From Paraspadella gotoi (Eukaryota; Animalia; Chaetognatha), in contig JBJCIZ010000291.1 of the NCBI GenBank assembly GCA_051294375.1, forward strand, positions 19,205 through 63,871: a stretch of DNA of 44,667 nt, written 5' to 3'. Shown piece after piece: positions 11,485-24,050 of this stretch (positions within the stretch are counted from its first letter, which is position 1; the number at the start of each line of letters is the position of its first letter). The notes below the pieces were generated by a model that saw nothing but the letters and a program-made list of their open reading frames with translations, made no database searches and was not told where the DNA came from. The position numbers and the translations under genes were made by a program.

Positions 11485-11610
11485 CGTGAGAGATGTGATG
11501 ATTTGGTAGGAGTGAGAGAGACGCAATGATGATGAGCGATAGAGCCAAATATTTTATGAAGATTTTTGTGAAAAATCGTCGGTGATGTCGTCACTCTTTC
11601 ACTTTTAAAT
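11485..11610 (-). CDS. Candidate exon encoding a hydrophobic signal-anchor-like segment; duplicate 15939-16064
   Basis: Acceptor TTTTTATCTCTTCAG. The consensus of the two copies reads HKIFGSILIIMGVSLTLYQIITSLT. The donor is weak, so the 3' boundary is uncertain. Confidence 0.3.
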
Positions 11611-11679
11611 CTGAAGAGATAAAAACAGAAATGTGGCTCTCTTTTCTCATTGCGGGCCCATTCTGTTTCTTTTTCGACG

Positions 11680-11958
11680 AATTTGATTCTAAAATTTAAT
11701 ATTTAACCTAAATAAGTTTCTAAACTTATAAGTTATAATGTTAACCTCATAACCCTAACCCAAACCAATAATTCTCAACCCTAACATCTAACACTAATCC
11801 CTAACCTCGCCCTACTAACCTACCTCGCCCTACCTTAATCCCTAACCTCGCCCCTACACCTTAATTCCTTAACCAAACCTCAAAACCTAACTAAAAAAAA
11901 AAACTAATCTATTTCCCAAATTTTAAATAAAATTGTGCTTTTGAGAAAATAAGGCCGA
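11680..11958 (+). mobile_element. ~290-bp dispersed element with internal degenerate CCCTAA/CCTAA repeats (duplicate ~16130-16410; inverted relative at 31465-31765)
   Basis: Its non-repetitive end ATTTCCCAAATTTTAAATAAAATTGTGCTTTTGAGAAAATAAGGCCGA aligns with the reverse complement of 31465-31525. Confidence 0.65.
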
Positions 11959-12049
11959 AAAGGTTTTACGAAACTCATTAATTTAAGGTATATTTTAAGA
12001 GAATGGTTAACTTTGCTTCCGTCTCAGATTTAAAATTTACTAATGTAAT

Positions 12050-12295
12050 TTACTATGATTTTCTTTTGGTGGCTCGATACTCCTGCGATGATATTGTACA
12101 TTAAGTGCATTATATAGTACAAAATACACAATGTACGATGTTACAATGGCAATGAAAGATATTTGGTCTTTGAAAGACTTTTCGTCTGTCCTTAATGCAA
12201 AAACTTGGCCTCTTAAACTCTTATCGATCCTGATCTTCTCTTTATCATATCTTTCCCGATTCGCCTTTCCAGCATTTCGCCCCAAGAGGTTTCGT
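12050..12295 (-). CDS. Weak candidate coding segment with a hydrophobic stretch (KDQISFIAIVTSYIVIVLYNALNVQYHRRSIEPPKE); duplicate ~16507-16752
   Basis: Complex, protein-like sequence open in both copies over the 3' half; the acceptor lacks a pyrimidine tract. Confidence 0.2.
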
Positions 12296-12311
12296 CTGTT
12301 TTCCCCCACTC

Positions 12312-12352
<41 letters not shown>

Positions 12353-12914
12353 GCCAGCGGAGACCGAAAACCGCCGCAGGGGCCCGGGTCGGGCTAGGCG
12401 TGCCAGTTCCGCCTCCAATGGGGCCAGAAATACCCTTGCCTCGGATTCCCTTACCCTGCAGCAGCAGCTGAGAGTTTAAACTCACTCCTCCTTTCGAGAT
12501 TAGTTTTCACTTTGACGTCGAATTCTCTGTGAAACTCTTCTTCCTCCCTTTTAACATTAACATTTTCTAGATAATACATTTACATTATATTGCGTTATCA
12601 GTTTTAATATTCACATTTTTAATATTACATTATTACGTCGTTTTTTTTGTCATCGTTTTCTAAGTGCGTCTTTGACATGAAATTCCGTACTTCCAGAGAG
12701 CTTGGTTATGTCTGAGTCTCTCTGCTCCAATATCTTGATGCTATTATTTTTACCTTTGGTTAAACGTGGAATCGTTTTAACTCAGCGAAACTACGATTGC
12801 CCGGCGAAATCAATTTCTACGGGTTTTTTAGGAGAGAAAAGAGAGAAAAAAAGAAGATAATGAGATAGATATAGATGATATGAATTATGAGATGATAATG
12901 ATATAATTGATTGA

Positions 12915-13032
<118 letters not shown>

Positions 13033-13347
13033 CTTACAACTTGCGTTTCTCTTATAAAGACCCACGTTGAATTCTTTCGACGGGCAATCGTCTCGAACGA
13101 CCGAAAGCGCGGGCGTGACAGCGCTTTGTCCATTCCCGTATTTTGACATTTTCACAATTATTCACTGAAGAAGAGAGCAGTTCACATCCAGATGTTTGTA
13201 TCTTTTTTTCTCTCTTCATCTTCATCTTCATCATTTTTAACTCGTCTTACTTCATTTTGTGTCATTCTACGTCTCAGTCATTAACATCTTGTGTCATTGA
13301 CGAATGTCATTTTGTTTCCAAAATAAAAAAACAACTGCTTTCTGTTG

Positions 13348-13712
13348 TTTTTAGTTGCGCGCGATACTCGCGGAGGCAACTCTATTAAGTCACTTTTCGG
13401 TCGGTCTGTGAGTTGTCTCCTGTCGGTATGTCTGTCCGTCGGTCAGTTCCACTTATGATAAAAATGCATATCATTTGCCTGTAGTTGGTTGCTCTTTTGT
13501 TAAGACAAAAAAAACTTTAAATCTAAGGGACTGCTAGCGCCGCCTCAGGATATCCTAAACCATAAGGATTAAAAGACGGAATTTCGATGCAGTGCATACA
13601 TACGAAAAGTTTTTTTAGTCATGTCATGTTTCATATCATGTGATGAAAGAGAATTACTCGTGAAAATAAAGTCAATCGCCCGGCGCAACACATTAGAATC
13701 ACCGTTCTTGTT
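13348..13712 (+). mobile_element. HINE/Helentron-like non-autonomous element, full length
   Basis: Starts TTTTTAGTTGCGC, has an internal inverted GCAACT, a GTCG/GTCT-type tract, a 3' subTIR CGGCGCAAC, a short hairpin AGAA-TCACCG-TTCT, and ends CTTGTT. Colinear with 36934-37292. Confidence 0.75.
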
Positions 13713-14347
13713 TCTAGAATTTTCTAGCATTTTCCAGAATTTTCCAGAATAGTTTTCTGGATTTTTTTTCCCTCCCAATAAACTCTCTTCTATTCATTTC
13801 TCGGCTCTCTTTTCCGAGAGTGCCCCATTTCTCTCCTTCTTTTCCCCTCTTTTCCTGTTATTCATCTTGATTTCTATTTTTTCCTAGTTTATAATTTAAT
13901 AATGATTATCCTTCCTTCTCCCTGCCCCTCTAATTCATTCGCTCGGCCCCATTTTTCTTCTTATGATTTCTCATGCATTTCTTATAAATTTCTCTCTCTC
14001 ACTCTGGGGGAACATTTTTCTTTCTCTTTCATTTTTTTTTACTTCTCTCCTTGTCACTACATATCTCGCAATATCTCCCTCTTTCCTTTCTTCCTTTTCC
14101 CTTCTCTCTTCCTCCTTTCCTCCCCCACTTCCTCCCTGGACCTCTTCTCATCCTCTCTCTCCCTCCCTCCCGATTCCTCCATGTTTTTCCTCAAGATTTC
14201 TGGTATTTCTCATAAATTTCTGGCCAATACACTCGCTCCCTCGCGGACGGGGAGAGAGAGGGAAGAGGGGAAGAGGGAAGAAGGGAGAGGGGAAGGCACC
14301 CGCAGCGACAACGGNNNNNNNNNNNNNNNNNNNNNNNNNAGAGAGAT

Positions 14348-14753
14348 AAATCAAGCGGGACATCAATAAGACACTTTTCGGTCGGTCTGTCGATCTGCTT
14401 GCTATCTATTTAAAATCTGTTTAAAGGGATAATACTAAAATATATTACTATAAAGGATTTAATCAAAAACGTTTTTATAAAAACGCCACCAGATGTCCTT
14501 TTTTTTTTTATAAAAACCCAATTGTCTTTTTAAATGAATTTCTTTCCCTCAACAAAAGAACATCAAACTTAATTTTTTTATAAACTGCAACTGTGAGGCG
14601 CCGCCTAGCGTTTCTTGTTATTGAGAAACGAAAGTCGCTGGACGCAAGTTTGTTTCGCTTACGGGCCACGTCGCACGCGAAGAGAGTACGAGAAAAGCAC
14701 GTATTGTATCTCTGTCTCTCTTCTCCTCTCTCTCTTCTCTTCTCTCTCTCTCT

Positions 14754-14785
<32 letters not shown>

Positions 14786-16763
14786 CTCCTTTATTACCTA
14801 TTCGTCGTGCGCTCTCATTTTTTTTTCATTTTCTTTTTTTTCTGCTTCATCTTGTTCGAGTATCGAGTTTCAAAGAAAAAAATCGACCTTTGCCTCCATT
14901 TTATTTTGTAGGTTTTTTTTTTATATTTTCAATTGATTTACGGATACAAGAATGTTGTAATTAGTTCAAAGAGTAAAGAGAATTCAATCGGAAACTGAGA
15001 AAAATATTTTTTTTATTCTTGTCGTCTTGATATTTTTATAACGAAATTAAAATTAAAACAGCTAATTCAAAAAATTCATTCATTCCCAATAAATACATAT
15101 TTTTCTTTCATTTTCTTTATTTTTTCTCTCTTTTCCTTATTTTTCGGCTTTTATTTCTCCATCCGCAAATGTCTCTCTTCCCCATTTTTTTTCCAAGTGG
15201 CCAATCATCCACTTGACACAAAAAATCTCTCTTTTTCTCTCCCCCTATACTCTTCCTCCTCCTCCTCTTCCTCCTCTCCTTCACCCTCCCCAGCTCTTAC
15301 CCCATTAGCAGATCTCAGCTCGTTAGCATTTCCGACAGGAAAGAGAATCGCTAATGCGTTCGATCGCGGAAACTTCAGCACCAAGATACTGCTCGATTTT
15401 GAAGGAGGGTTGGGCGGTAGAAAGGGTTAAGGTGGGGGGGAGGCGGTGAGAAATGTGAATTGTGAAACATTGAGCAAAGGAAAATGCATTTGACCGTCAC
15501 ATCCATTGATAAAATAAGTATTAAATTGCAAGATTACATTGTTTTAACTGTTTGGACTAAATTAGACAAAAATTTTAAAATGATTAGGATAGTATTTGAT
15601 TTAACTATTATTCATTTCATATTTATAATGTAATGGGGAGATGGGACGTTAGTGTGTTGTCTGCTGGAAATATTGGAGCGTAAAATTTAATTATAAAATA
15701 ATAAATATAACATTTTTAAAATGATTTTTTAAATTTTTTTCTAGAGGTTAAGCGATTAAAATATGAAGTGAGGGGAGAGAAGTTTGTGAACTCTTGGGAG
15801 TTTGTGATTCTTTGGACTGGATGGGCGAAGGTTGTGATGTTTTAGGGGGAAGAGTTGAAAGGGTGAGGGGGATGAGTCACTGCGAGCCGAATGTGATATC
15901 GAAAGACGAAGCGAAGATAAGAGTGAGACTGTGAGTACCGTGAGAGATGTGATGATTGGTAGAGAGTGAGAGAGACGCCCATGATGATGAGGATAGAGCC
16001 AAATATTTTATGAAGAATTTTGTGAAAAATCGTTCGGTGATGTCGTCACTTTTCATTTTTGAATCTGAAGCATAAAAACAGAAATGTGGCTCTCTTTTCT
16101 CATTGCGGCCCATTCTGTTTTTCTTTTTCGACGAAATTTGATTAATTAAATTAACCTTAATTAATTATAAACCTACCAACTTATCGCCCACGATGATTTT
16201 TTAGCTTAAACTTAGTAAGTGCTATAAATTTTAATCTGACTAACCCTAGCCCTAACACAATAATTCTCAACCTACCTCTAAACCTAATCCCGTAACCCTG
16301 CGCCCCTTACCTTAATCGCTTAAACATAACCATCCACAAAACCTAACTAAAAAAAAAAATAATCTATTTCCAAATTTTAAATAAAATTTTGCTTTTGAGA
16401 AAATAGGCGAAAAGGTTTTACGAAACTCATTAATTTAAGGTATATTTTAAGAGAATGGTTAACTTTGTCTTCCGTCTCAGATTTAAAATTTACTAATGTA
16501 ATTTACTATGGCCCCATCCGATTTCTTTTGGTGGCTCGATACTCCTGCGATGATATTGTACATTAAGTGCATTATATAGTACAATCACAATGTACGATGT
16601 TACAATGGCAATGAAAGATATTTGGTCTTTGAAAGACTTTCGTCTGTCCTTAATGCAAAACTTGGCCTCTTAAACTCTTATGATCCTGATCTTCTCTTTA
16701 TCATATCTTTCCCGATTCGCCTTTCCAGCATTTCGCCCCAAGAGGTTTCGTCTGTTTTCCCCA

Positions 16764-16797
<34 letters not shown>

Positions 16798-17385
16798 TCT
16801 CGTTGCAAGCGAGACCGAAAACCGCCGCAGGGGCCCGGGTCGGGCAGGCGTGCCAGTTCCGCCTCCAATGGGGCCAGAAATACCCTTGCCTCGGATTCCC
16901 TTACCCTGCAGCAGCAGCTATGAGATTTAAATTCACTTTCCTCCTTTCGAGATTAGTTTTCACTTTGACGTCGATTTCTCTGTGAAACTCTTCTTCCTTT
17001 TTTAACATTAACATTTTCTAATAATACATTTACATTAATATTGCGATAATCAGTTTTAATATTCACATTTTTAATATTTACATTATTACGTCGTTTTTTT
17101 TTGTCGTTTTACTGCGGTCTTTGACATGAAATTCCGTCCTTCCGACTTATGTCTGAGTCTCTCTGCCCTCCAATATCTTGATGCTTATTTTTTACTTTGG
17201 TTAAACGTGAATCGTTTTAACTCGCAGAACTACGATTGCCCGGACGAAATCAATTTTCTACGGGTTTTTTAGGAGAGAAGGGGAGAAAGGAAAGAGAGGA
17301 GAGAAGATATGATGATGATGATGATGATATATGAATAATGATATATGATATATGATATATGATGATATATGATATGATATTATGA

Positions 17386-17417
<32 letters not shown>

Positions 17418-17441
17418 TATTATTATTATTTATTATTATTA

Positions 17442-17477
<36 letters not shown>

Positions 17478-18751
17478 TTATTATTATTATGTATTAATTA
17501 TTATTAACTCTACAACTTGCGTCTAAACGTTGAATTCTTTCAGCGGGCAATCGTCTCGAACGACCGAAAGCGGGGCGTGAAGCAGCATTTGTCCATTCGT
17601 ATTTTTGACATTTTCACAATTTTTCACTGAAGAAGAGTTCAATCACATCCAGATGTTTGTATCTTTTTTCTCTCTTCATCTTCATCTTCATCATTTTTAA
17701 CTCGTCTTACTTCATTTGTGTCATTCTACGTCTCAGTCATTAACATCGTTTTCATTGACGATTGTCATTTTGTTTCCAAAAAGAAAAAACAACTGCTTTC
17801 TGTTGTTTTTAGTTGCGCCCGATACTCGCGGAGCAACTCTATAAGTCACTTTTCGGTCGGTCAGTCGTTGTCTCTCTGTCGGTATGTCTGTCCGGTCGGT
17901 CAGTTCCATTATGATAAAAAATGCATATCATTTGCCTTAGTTGGTTGTTCTTTGTTAAGACAAAAAAAACTTTAAATCTAAGGGACTGCTAGCGCCGGCC
18001 TCAGGATATCCTAAACCATAAGGATTAAAAGACGGAATTTCGATGCAGTGCATACATACGAAAAGTTTTTTATTCATGTGATGTCATGTCATATAATGTG
18101 ATGAAAGAAATAACTCGTGAAAAAAGTCACTGCGGCGCAACACATTAGAATCACCGTTCTTGTTTCTAGATTTTCTAGCATTTTCCAGAATTTTCCAGAA
18201 TAGTTTTCTGGATTTTTTTTTCCCTCCCAATAAACTCTCTTCTATTCATTTCTCGGCTCTCTTTTCCGAGAGTGCCCCATTTTCTCCTTCTTTTCCCCTC
18301 TTTTCCTGTTATTCATCTTGATTTCTATTTTTCCTAGTTTATAATTTAATAATGATTATCCTTCCTTCTCCCTGCCCCTCTAATTCATTCGCTCGGCCCT
18401 TTTTTCTTCTTATGATTTCTCATGCATTTCTTATAAATTTCTCTCTCTCACTCTGGGGGAACATTTTCTTTCTCTTTCATTTTTTTTTACTTCTCTCCTT
18501 GTCACTACATATCTCGCAATATCTCCCTCTTTCCTTTCTTCCTTTTCCCTTCTCTCTTCCTCCTTTCCTCCCCACTTCCTCCCTGGACCTCCCTTCTCTC
18601 CCTCTCTCTCCCTCCCTCGATTCCTCCATGTTTTTCCTCAAGATTTCTGGTATTTCTCATAAATTTCTGGCCAATAAACTCGCTGCCCTCGCGGACAGGG
18701 GAAGAGGGGAAGAGGGGAAGAGGGGAAGAGGGGAAGGCACCCGCAGCGACA
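14348..18751 (+). repeat. ~4.4-kb tandem duplication, copy B
   Basis: Colinear with 9899-14314; continues into unique sequence after 18751. Confidence 0.95.
17806..18164 (+). mobile_element. HINE/Helentron-like element (assembly duplicate of 13348-13712)
   Basis: TTTTTAGTTGCGCC ... AAAGTCACTGCGGCGCAACACATTAGAATCACCGTTCTTGTT. Confidence 0.75.
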
Positions 18752-18822
18752 AAAACCCTGGAAACTGATTCTGACACATGAAACAATAAAAAGGGGAAAA
18801 GAAGAGGGAAGAAAACAACCTT

Positions 18823-18862
<40 letters not shown>

Positions 18863-19321
18863 CTTTCTTTGCTTTTTCTATCGTCAGTTCTTTTCCGGTT
18901 GTTTTCATTCTCTCTCGTTCTTCTGCTTATTTTTTCTTTCTTTTTTTTTTCCTACATATTTATTCTTCTTTTGTTTTCTTTCTTAATCCTTTACGTGTTT
19001 TTCTTCCTTACTGTTTTTTAGTTTTATATTATTTTTTTAACAAAAAGTATTTACGAATCATTGTTATTAAATTCCTTTTTTTTCAATTATTTATGCTCAT
19101 GTTTTAGTAAACTACCAAAACTCAATATCCAATCGGTTTTACAAGGCGAAGTTCACAATCAAAATCCAGAGGAAAAAAACGATGACAATTATGATAATTA
19201 TTTATTTCTCACTGTGAATCTCGCCCGTGATTTTTTTATCCCTGAATTTTTTTTCTTTGTTTTGTTTTCGTCTTCGTCTCATTTTCTTTCTGTGCCTCAG
19301 AATTTCAATGACTTCATAATG

Positions 19322-19398
<77 letters not shown>

Positions 19399-19436
19399 AT
19401 CAGAGAGAGAGAGATAGACTGTAATTTCTTTCGCAG

Positions 19437-19454
19437 TCAAGAATTTCGTTCACC
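19437..19454 (+). CDS. Candidate 18-nt frame-preserving microexon (SRISFT if phase 0)
   Basis: TTTCTTTCGCAG|TCAAGAATTTCGTTCACC|GTGAGT: consensus acceptor and donor 18 nt apart, on the same strand as the downstream exons. Confidence 0.4.
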
Positions 19455-19909
19455 GTGAGTTAAAGATCCCAAATTCACAGCTGACAATCTCACCGAAAAT
19501 TTTGGGAAAATTCAATCACCTCAAAGAATCACATGATATTCACATGAGCATGTAAGCCAGTGTGAGATCAAAATTATAGCTCAAAACATAATCGGTCACT
19601 GACGCTTACAACTACATATTATAGAAAGTTACCAGACCACCAATCACGAACCACCAACCAGCAACAACCTGCAAATCAACTCATCGCCCTACTCATTCAC
19701 CACTCACAATCAAAGCTCTCACAGTCTCACGGCATCCGAAGCGATAAGACAGGATTTTTTTATATTTTATTTTATTTTATTTTATTTTATTTTATTTTCG
19801 TTTTTCGATTTTCAAATCTGAAGAAATCAAGAAAAAAAAAGTGAAAAAAAAATTATAGAAATCGTTACAAAAAAAGAAAAGAAGGAAAATTGGTATCAGA
19901 ATTTCGATA

Positions 19910-19960
<51 letters not shown>

Positions 19961-20143
19961 CAACATGTCGTTATGAAATTCAAATTTTCTCTATTTTTTT
20001 TATTTCTGGTTCGTGTTCAATGAATGTAAAGTAGTCGCTTCTCTGCATAATTAAAATTCCTTCGAAATACAAACTCAGAATCAATTTATCATATTTTTGA
20101 TTTCATACTCCTCTCCCTCTCTCTCTCTCCCTCTCCCTCTCTC

Positions 20144-20188
<45 letters not shown>

Positions 20189-20444
20189 ACCTAACTCTCG
20201 CTCTCATTCCTGGTTTGAAATTCAACGCCAGGTTGATTTGCTTTCACATGGATCATGAGGGGGGGAGAATTCAGAGAGGGGGAGAGGAAGAGAGGGAGAG
20301 AGGGGGGCAGGTATGGGCGATGGGCCTAGGAATGGGTGTGGCGGGTGGGTTAATGCGAGGCAACGACCTGCTTCAAATTTAATATGAGTGAATAAGAGCC
20401 AAAAAAAAATTTCGTTTTTCACAAGGTGTAATGTTTCGGGAAAT

Positions 20445-20492
<48 letters not shown>

Positions 20493-21296
20493 AGAGAGAG
20501 ATATGAGAATGATTTTGAATAACTTTATCATATGATTAAGAAGGCAGGATAATCTGTATTTTACATAGCGATAAGCGTTAATGGAATTCTCAATTTTTGA
20601 ATTTTCCATGGTTTTTGGCTCAAAATTTCGAACGCCTGCTCCTACTCAAAAATTACATTATATATATCGTATTATAAATATAAAAGTAGCACAAACATTC
20701 AAAATTATCTTCAGCCACGAAATGGAAGGAAAAAGATAAACTCAACATTAACCTTTGATCCATTTTCGAACCCCTGGAGCTATTTACGGTTGAGGCAAAC
20801 TCTCTCTCTCTCTTTCTCTTTCTCTCTCTCTCTCTCTCTCCTTCTCTCTCCTCTCTCTCGCTCCTCTCTCTTTCCTCCCACTTTTTTAAAAAAAAGTATA
20901 TTTTTTATAAAAAAAAAAAATTCACGCTACTATTTGTCAGACAACAAAATCACGTACGTTATAGAGACTTGAAATAACAATTTTCTTAAACGGCTTCCAC
21001 TTCCAAAATCCTTTCATGATATACTTTTTCTTGTCGTTAATAGTTGTTTTAACCTACAAGTAAATTTAATTATAATGCGTTAACACTGAAAATTACTTTT
21101 TCCTTTCTTATTTTCCGTCTACTAAACTCCTCACTAACTTCTCTTCCTCTCTCTCTCCCTTCTCTCCTGTACTCTCTTCTCTCCTCTTTCTTTCCCACAT
21201 CCTCCTCCTCCTCCTCCCCTCTTCCACCTCCCCTGCAACGCCTCTACCACGCCCTCAACACCCCTTTTTTCCCCATCCGTTTCTCACTCCTCACAG

Positions 21297-21383
21297 ATTG
21301 AGGGTCAGGTGCACTACTCAAAGATGCTTTTTCGCCGCTCCATTCAAGAACAAGAAAACAAATTTCTTTTTCCATGGAAAAAG
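21297..21383 (+). CDS. Candidate internal exon, 87 nt, phase 0-0, unknown protein (IEGQVHY...FPWKK)
   Basis: Pyrimidine tract plus CACAG acceptor, 29 open codons, AAG|GTTCG donor; 87 nt and open in both duplicate copies. Confidence 0.55.
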
Positions 21384-21440
21384 GTTCGAGCAGAAAGAGA
21401 GTGGAGGAGAGAGAGAGAGGAGAGATGAAAGAGACAGAGA

Positions 21441-21473
<33 letters not shown>

Positions 21474-21583
21474 TCGATGATGACTCCCCCAATCGTTTTC
21501 GCCAAGATGAATTACCGATTAAAACTTTAGTCTTCCCTTAAAACCGTCAGATGCGCAATAAGTTGTTTCGTCTGTTGAGAAAA

Positions 21584-21639
<56 letters not shown>

Positions 21640-22067
21640 AAAGAGAGAGTGAGAGAGAGAGAGGTTTCAAACTTTTCAAGAAATTTCTTCACAGAATGAG
21701 TGAAACTTGAGCTCAGAACGAAAATGAAAATTGCTCTCGAGAATTTTTTTTCTTAACACGATTCTGTTCTTTCGTTTTATTTGACGATAACTAAATTATA
21801 TATTAATTTTTTAGGTTTTGTTTCTAAACGTTTGCCTCATGAAAAAAGTTTTTAAGATAATAAGCCAAGCAAGGCATGAACGAGTAGAGAAAGGCATAGT
21901 TCACAAGAAATAGCAACGAAAGCAAGACAATCTCATAGCAGCAACTTTCATTCCCAATCTTTTCTTTTTTTTCTTTTTTTTTTCTTTTCCTTTTTTCCTT
22001 TTTTTTTTCATTCTTCTCCAACTTGGGTCAACCTCGATTTTTCTTTTCTCCTCTTCTCGGTCTCAAG

Positions 22068-22140
22068 GTCAAAATGCCCAAAGGTTAAAAGGTCAAAGGT
22101 GAAGCATGGACGAGTTTTTTTTCGTAGAACTTTAAAGAAA
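22068..22140 (+). CDS. Candidate internal exon, consensus 72 nt (VKMPKVKRSKVKHGxxFxRTLKK)
   Basis: Pyrimidine tract plus CTCAAG acceptor and AAA|GTAAGT donor. It is 73 nt here and 71 nt in copy B, differing in one A-run; 72 nt restores a phase-0 frame continuing the previous exon. Confidence 0.55.
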
Positions 22141-23240
22141 GTAAGTGTCGATGTCTCGTCTCTCTCTCTCTCTCCTCTCTCCTCTCTCTCTCTCCTCTCT
22201 CTCTCTCATTCTCTCTCTTCTCTCTCTCTCTCTCTTTTCCTCTCTGCTCTTCTCTCTCTCTCTCTCTCTCTCCCCATTTTTTCTTGCTTTTCAACGAAAC
22301 CAAAAAAATACAAAATTTTGTCACCAATTTTTTTTTTTTTTCCTTTTTTCTTTTTTCCTCAATTTTGTTCCTTTTTCTTTTTTTTTTTTTTTCCTTTCTT
22401 TTTCTTTTATTTTTTTTCTTTTGTATCACTTTTTTTCATTTTTACGCGAAGTCAAAATATTCTTAACTCGGCGGCCAAGAAGGACTTGGGTTCGATTCGC
22501 AAAGCCTCTCTATTTTTTCTCTCTTCAATCATTTATAAATCCAAAGTCTCTCTCTCTCTTTTTCTCTCTTATCCTTCTCTCTCTCTCCTCTAGTCATCCT
22601 ACTCTCTTGGTCGTCTCTCTCTCTCATCGTTCTACTCGTCTACTCTCTTTGCACATTTATTATTGATGTCATAATGTTGCTGATGAAGGCTTGAAATAAT
22701 AGCAGCCGAAACAGATGTCACTACTAATAAAATCGTTGTTAAATTCAAAATTCTTTGCTCTCTCTCTAATGATTTAATATTAAATATTTAATATTTAAGT
22801 TAATTTATCTTTAACTTATTATTTTACCATGTAATATAGTAATTAAGTTTTGTGTTTAATGTTTAACATTGAAACCCAGCAATTTCGAAATGGATGAAGA
22901 AAACAGACTTTAAAAAGAAAATATAAAATTGTCTTCGTCTTCGCCACAAAATCAAAATAGTTATTAATTAAACAGAACAAAAACTGTGTGCATATCATTT
23001 AAAGGGATGTCACGTAACAATTTTAAAATCATATTAATTAAAATCAAACCCCAAATTCAATATACTTCAATAAATCAAACCCAAAATTTAACAGTTTGAA
23101 GGCAACAATGCCATGATTGCCCACGATCAAGAAAAGGTAGAAAGAAAACCTTCTCGATAATTCAACAAACAGAGAAACAAATCCAATAAATCATAAATTA
23201 TCTCAATTTAACATTATTATTATATTACCATTACCATTAA

Positions 23241-24050
23241 CCTTGTGCCGCCGGTAAAAAAAAAATCGTCATTTGCTAAAACTTGTGGAAGATTTTTATA
23301 ATCAAAATATTTTTTTGTAGACATTTACATATCCAAATTTCATATTGATGGTTATTATTTGACTTGGCAATTCATATCCGGAAAAGTTGCTTTTAAAAAA
23401 TCGTCCTTTCATTTTAACAATATCTTTTTTTTTATCTTTTTGTCTAACTTATAAACATTTTAAAGAAATTTTAACATAAAAGGTATCAATATTAATATCT
23501 TCTGAAAGCTCTGGAAGAAAAATGATTTATTTAAGTTTTTCAAATATCGACTGCTATTTTCATATAATGTTCTACCAATTATTGTTATATAGTATCATAA
23601 AAAGCTTGAGAAAAAACTATATTAAAATGGCTAACATAATTTAATAATTATTCTAAACTGCTCTTAAGAATTTTTAATTTAATTAATTACTAATTTTGAT
23701 TAACATTTCTTTATTTAAAACTGGATAGCAATTTTTAAATTTATTACAGTATTTTTAATTAAGCCATCACTCTTCAATATTTTTAAAGAGCTTTCAGAAG
23801 ATATTAATATTGAACCCTTGCGTCCACACCTTTTTATAAAAAGGTTTTAAAAAAATGGTTAATTTAAAAAAAAATGTAAAACCTCGATTTTGAAGGTAAC
23901 TTTTCTCTCGCTTCTGCCAAGTCAAATCGAAACCATCATATAAAATTTGGATATATAAACGATTTAAGGTTTTTACTACAGAAAAAAAAATAACTTTTAG
24001 ATTCAAAATCTTCAACGAGTTTGCAATGATTATTTTTTAGGGAGGCGGCT
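23241..24050. mobile_element. ~810-bp fold-back / MITE-like element with long imperfect inverted arms; left end follows TTAA
   Basis: Perfect 27-bp IR at 23486-23512 vs 23787-23813. Further matching blocks (ATCCAAATTT...GACTTGGCA, GAAAAGTT, GAAGATTTT, GCCGCC) are symmetric about ~23650. TTAA|CCTT at 23237-23244; the right terminal TTAA is not seen. Confidence 0.7.

Larger units (their letters stand above)
20800..22640 (+). repeat. ~1.85-kb duplication, copy A (copy B 29119-30990)
   Basis: Colinear match bounded on both sides by (CT)n tracts; differences are indel-dominated. Confidence 0.93.

Noticed and set aside
11700-11890. True telomere or chromosome-fusion site
   Set aside because: Short, degenerate, internal, and embedded in a dispersed element with shared flanks.
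12380-12450. Minus-strand RQGYFWPHWRRNWHAC resembling the Ty3/gypsy integrase zinc-binding region
   Set aside because: Only ~7 residues match, an in-frame stop precedes them, the CxxC spacing is absent, and no other pol sequence or LTR is present.
22468-22506. tRNA or tRNA-derived SINE (GGTTCGATTC B-box-like; duplicate ~30805)
   Set aside because: The A-box-like sequence is too close and no cloverleaf or acceptor stem can be formed.
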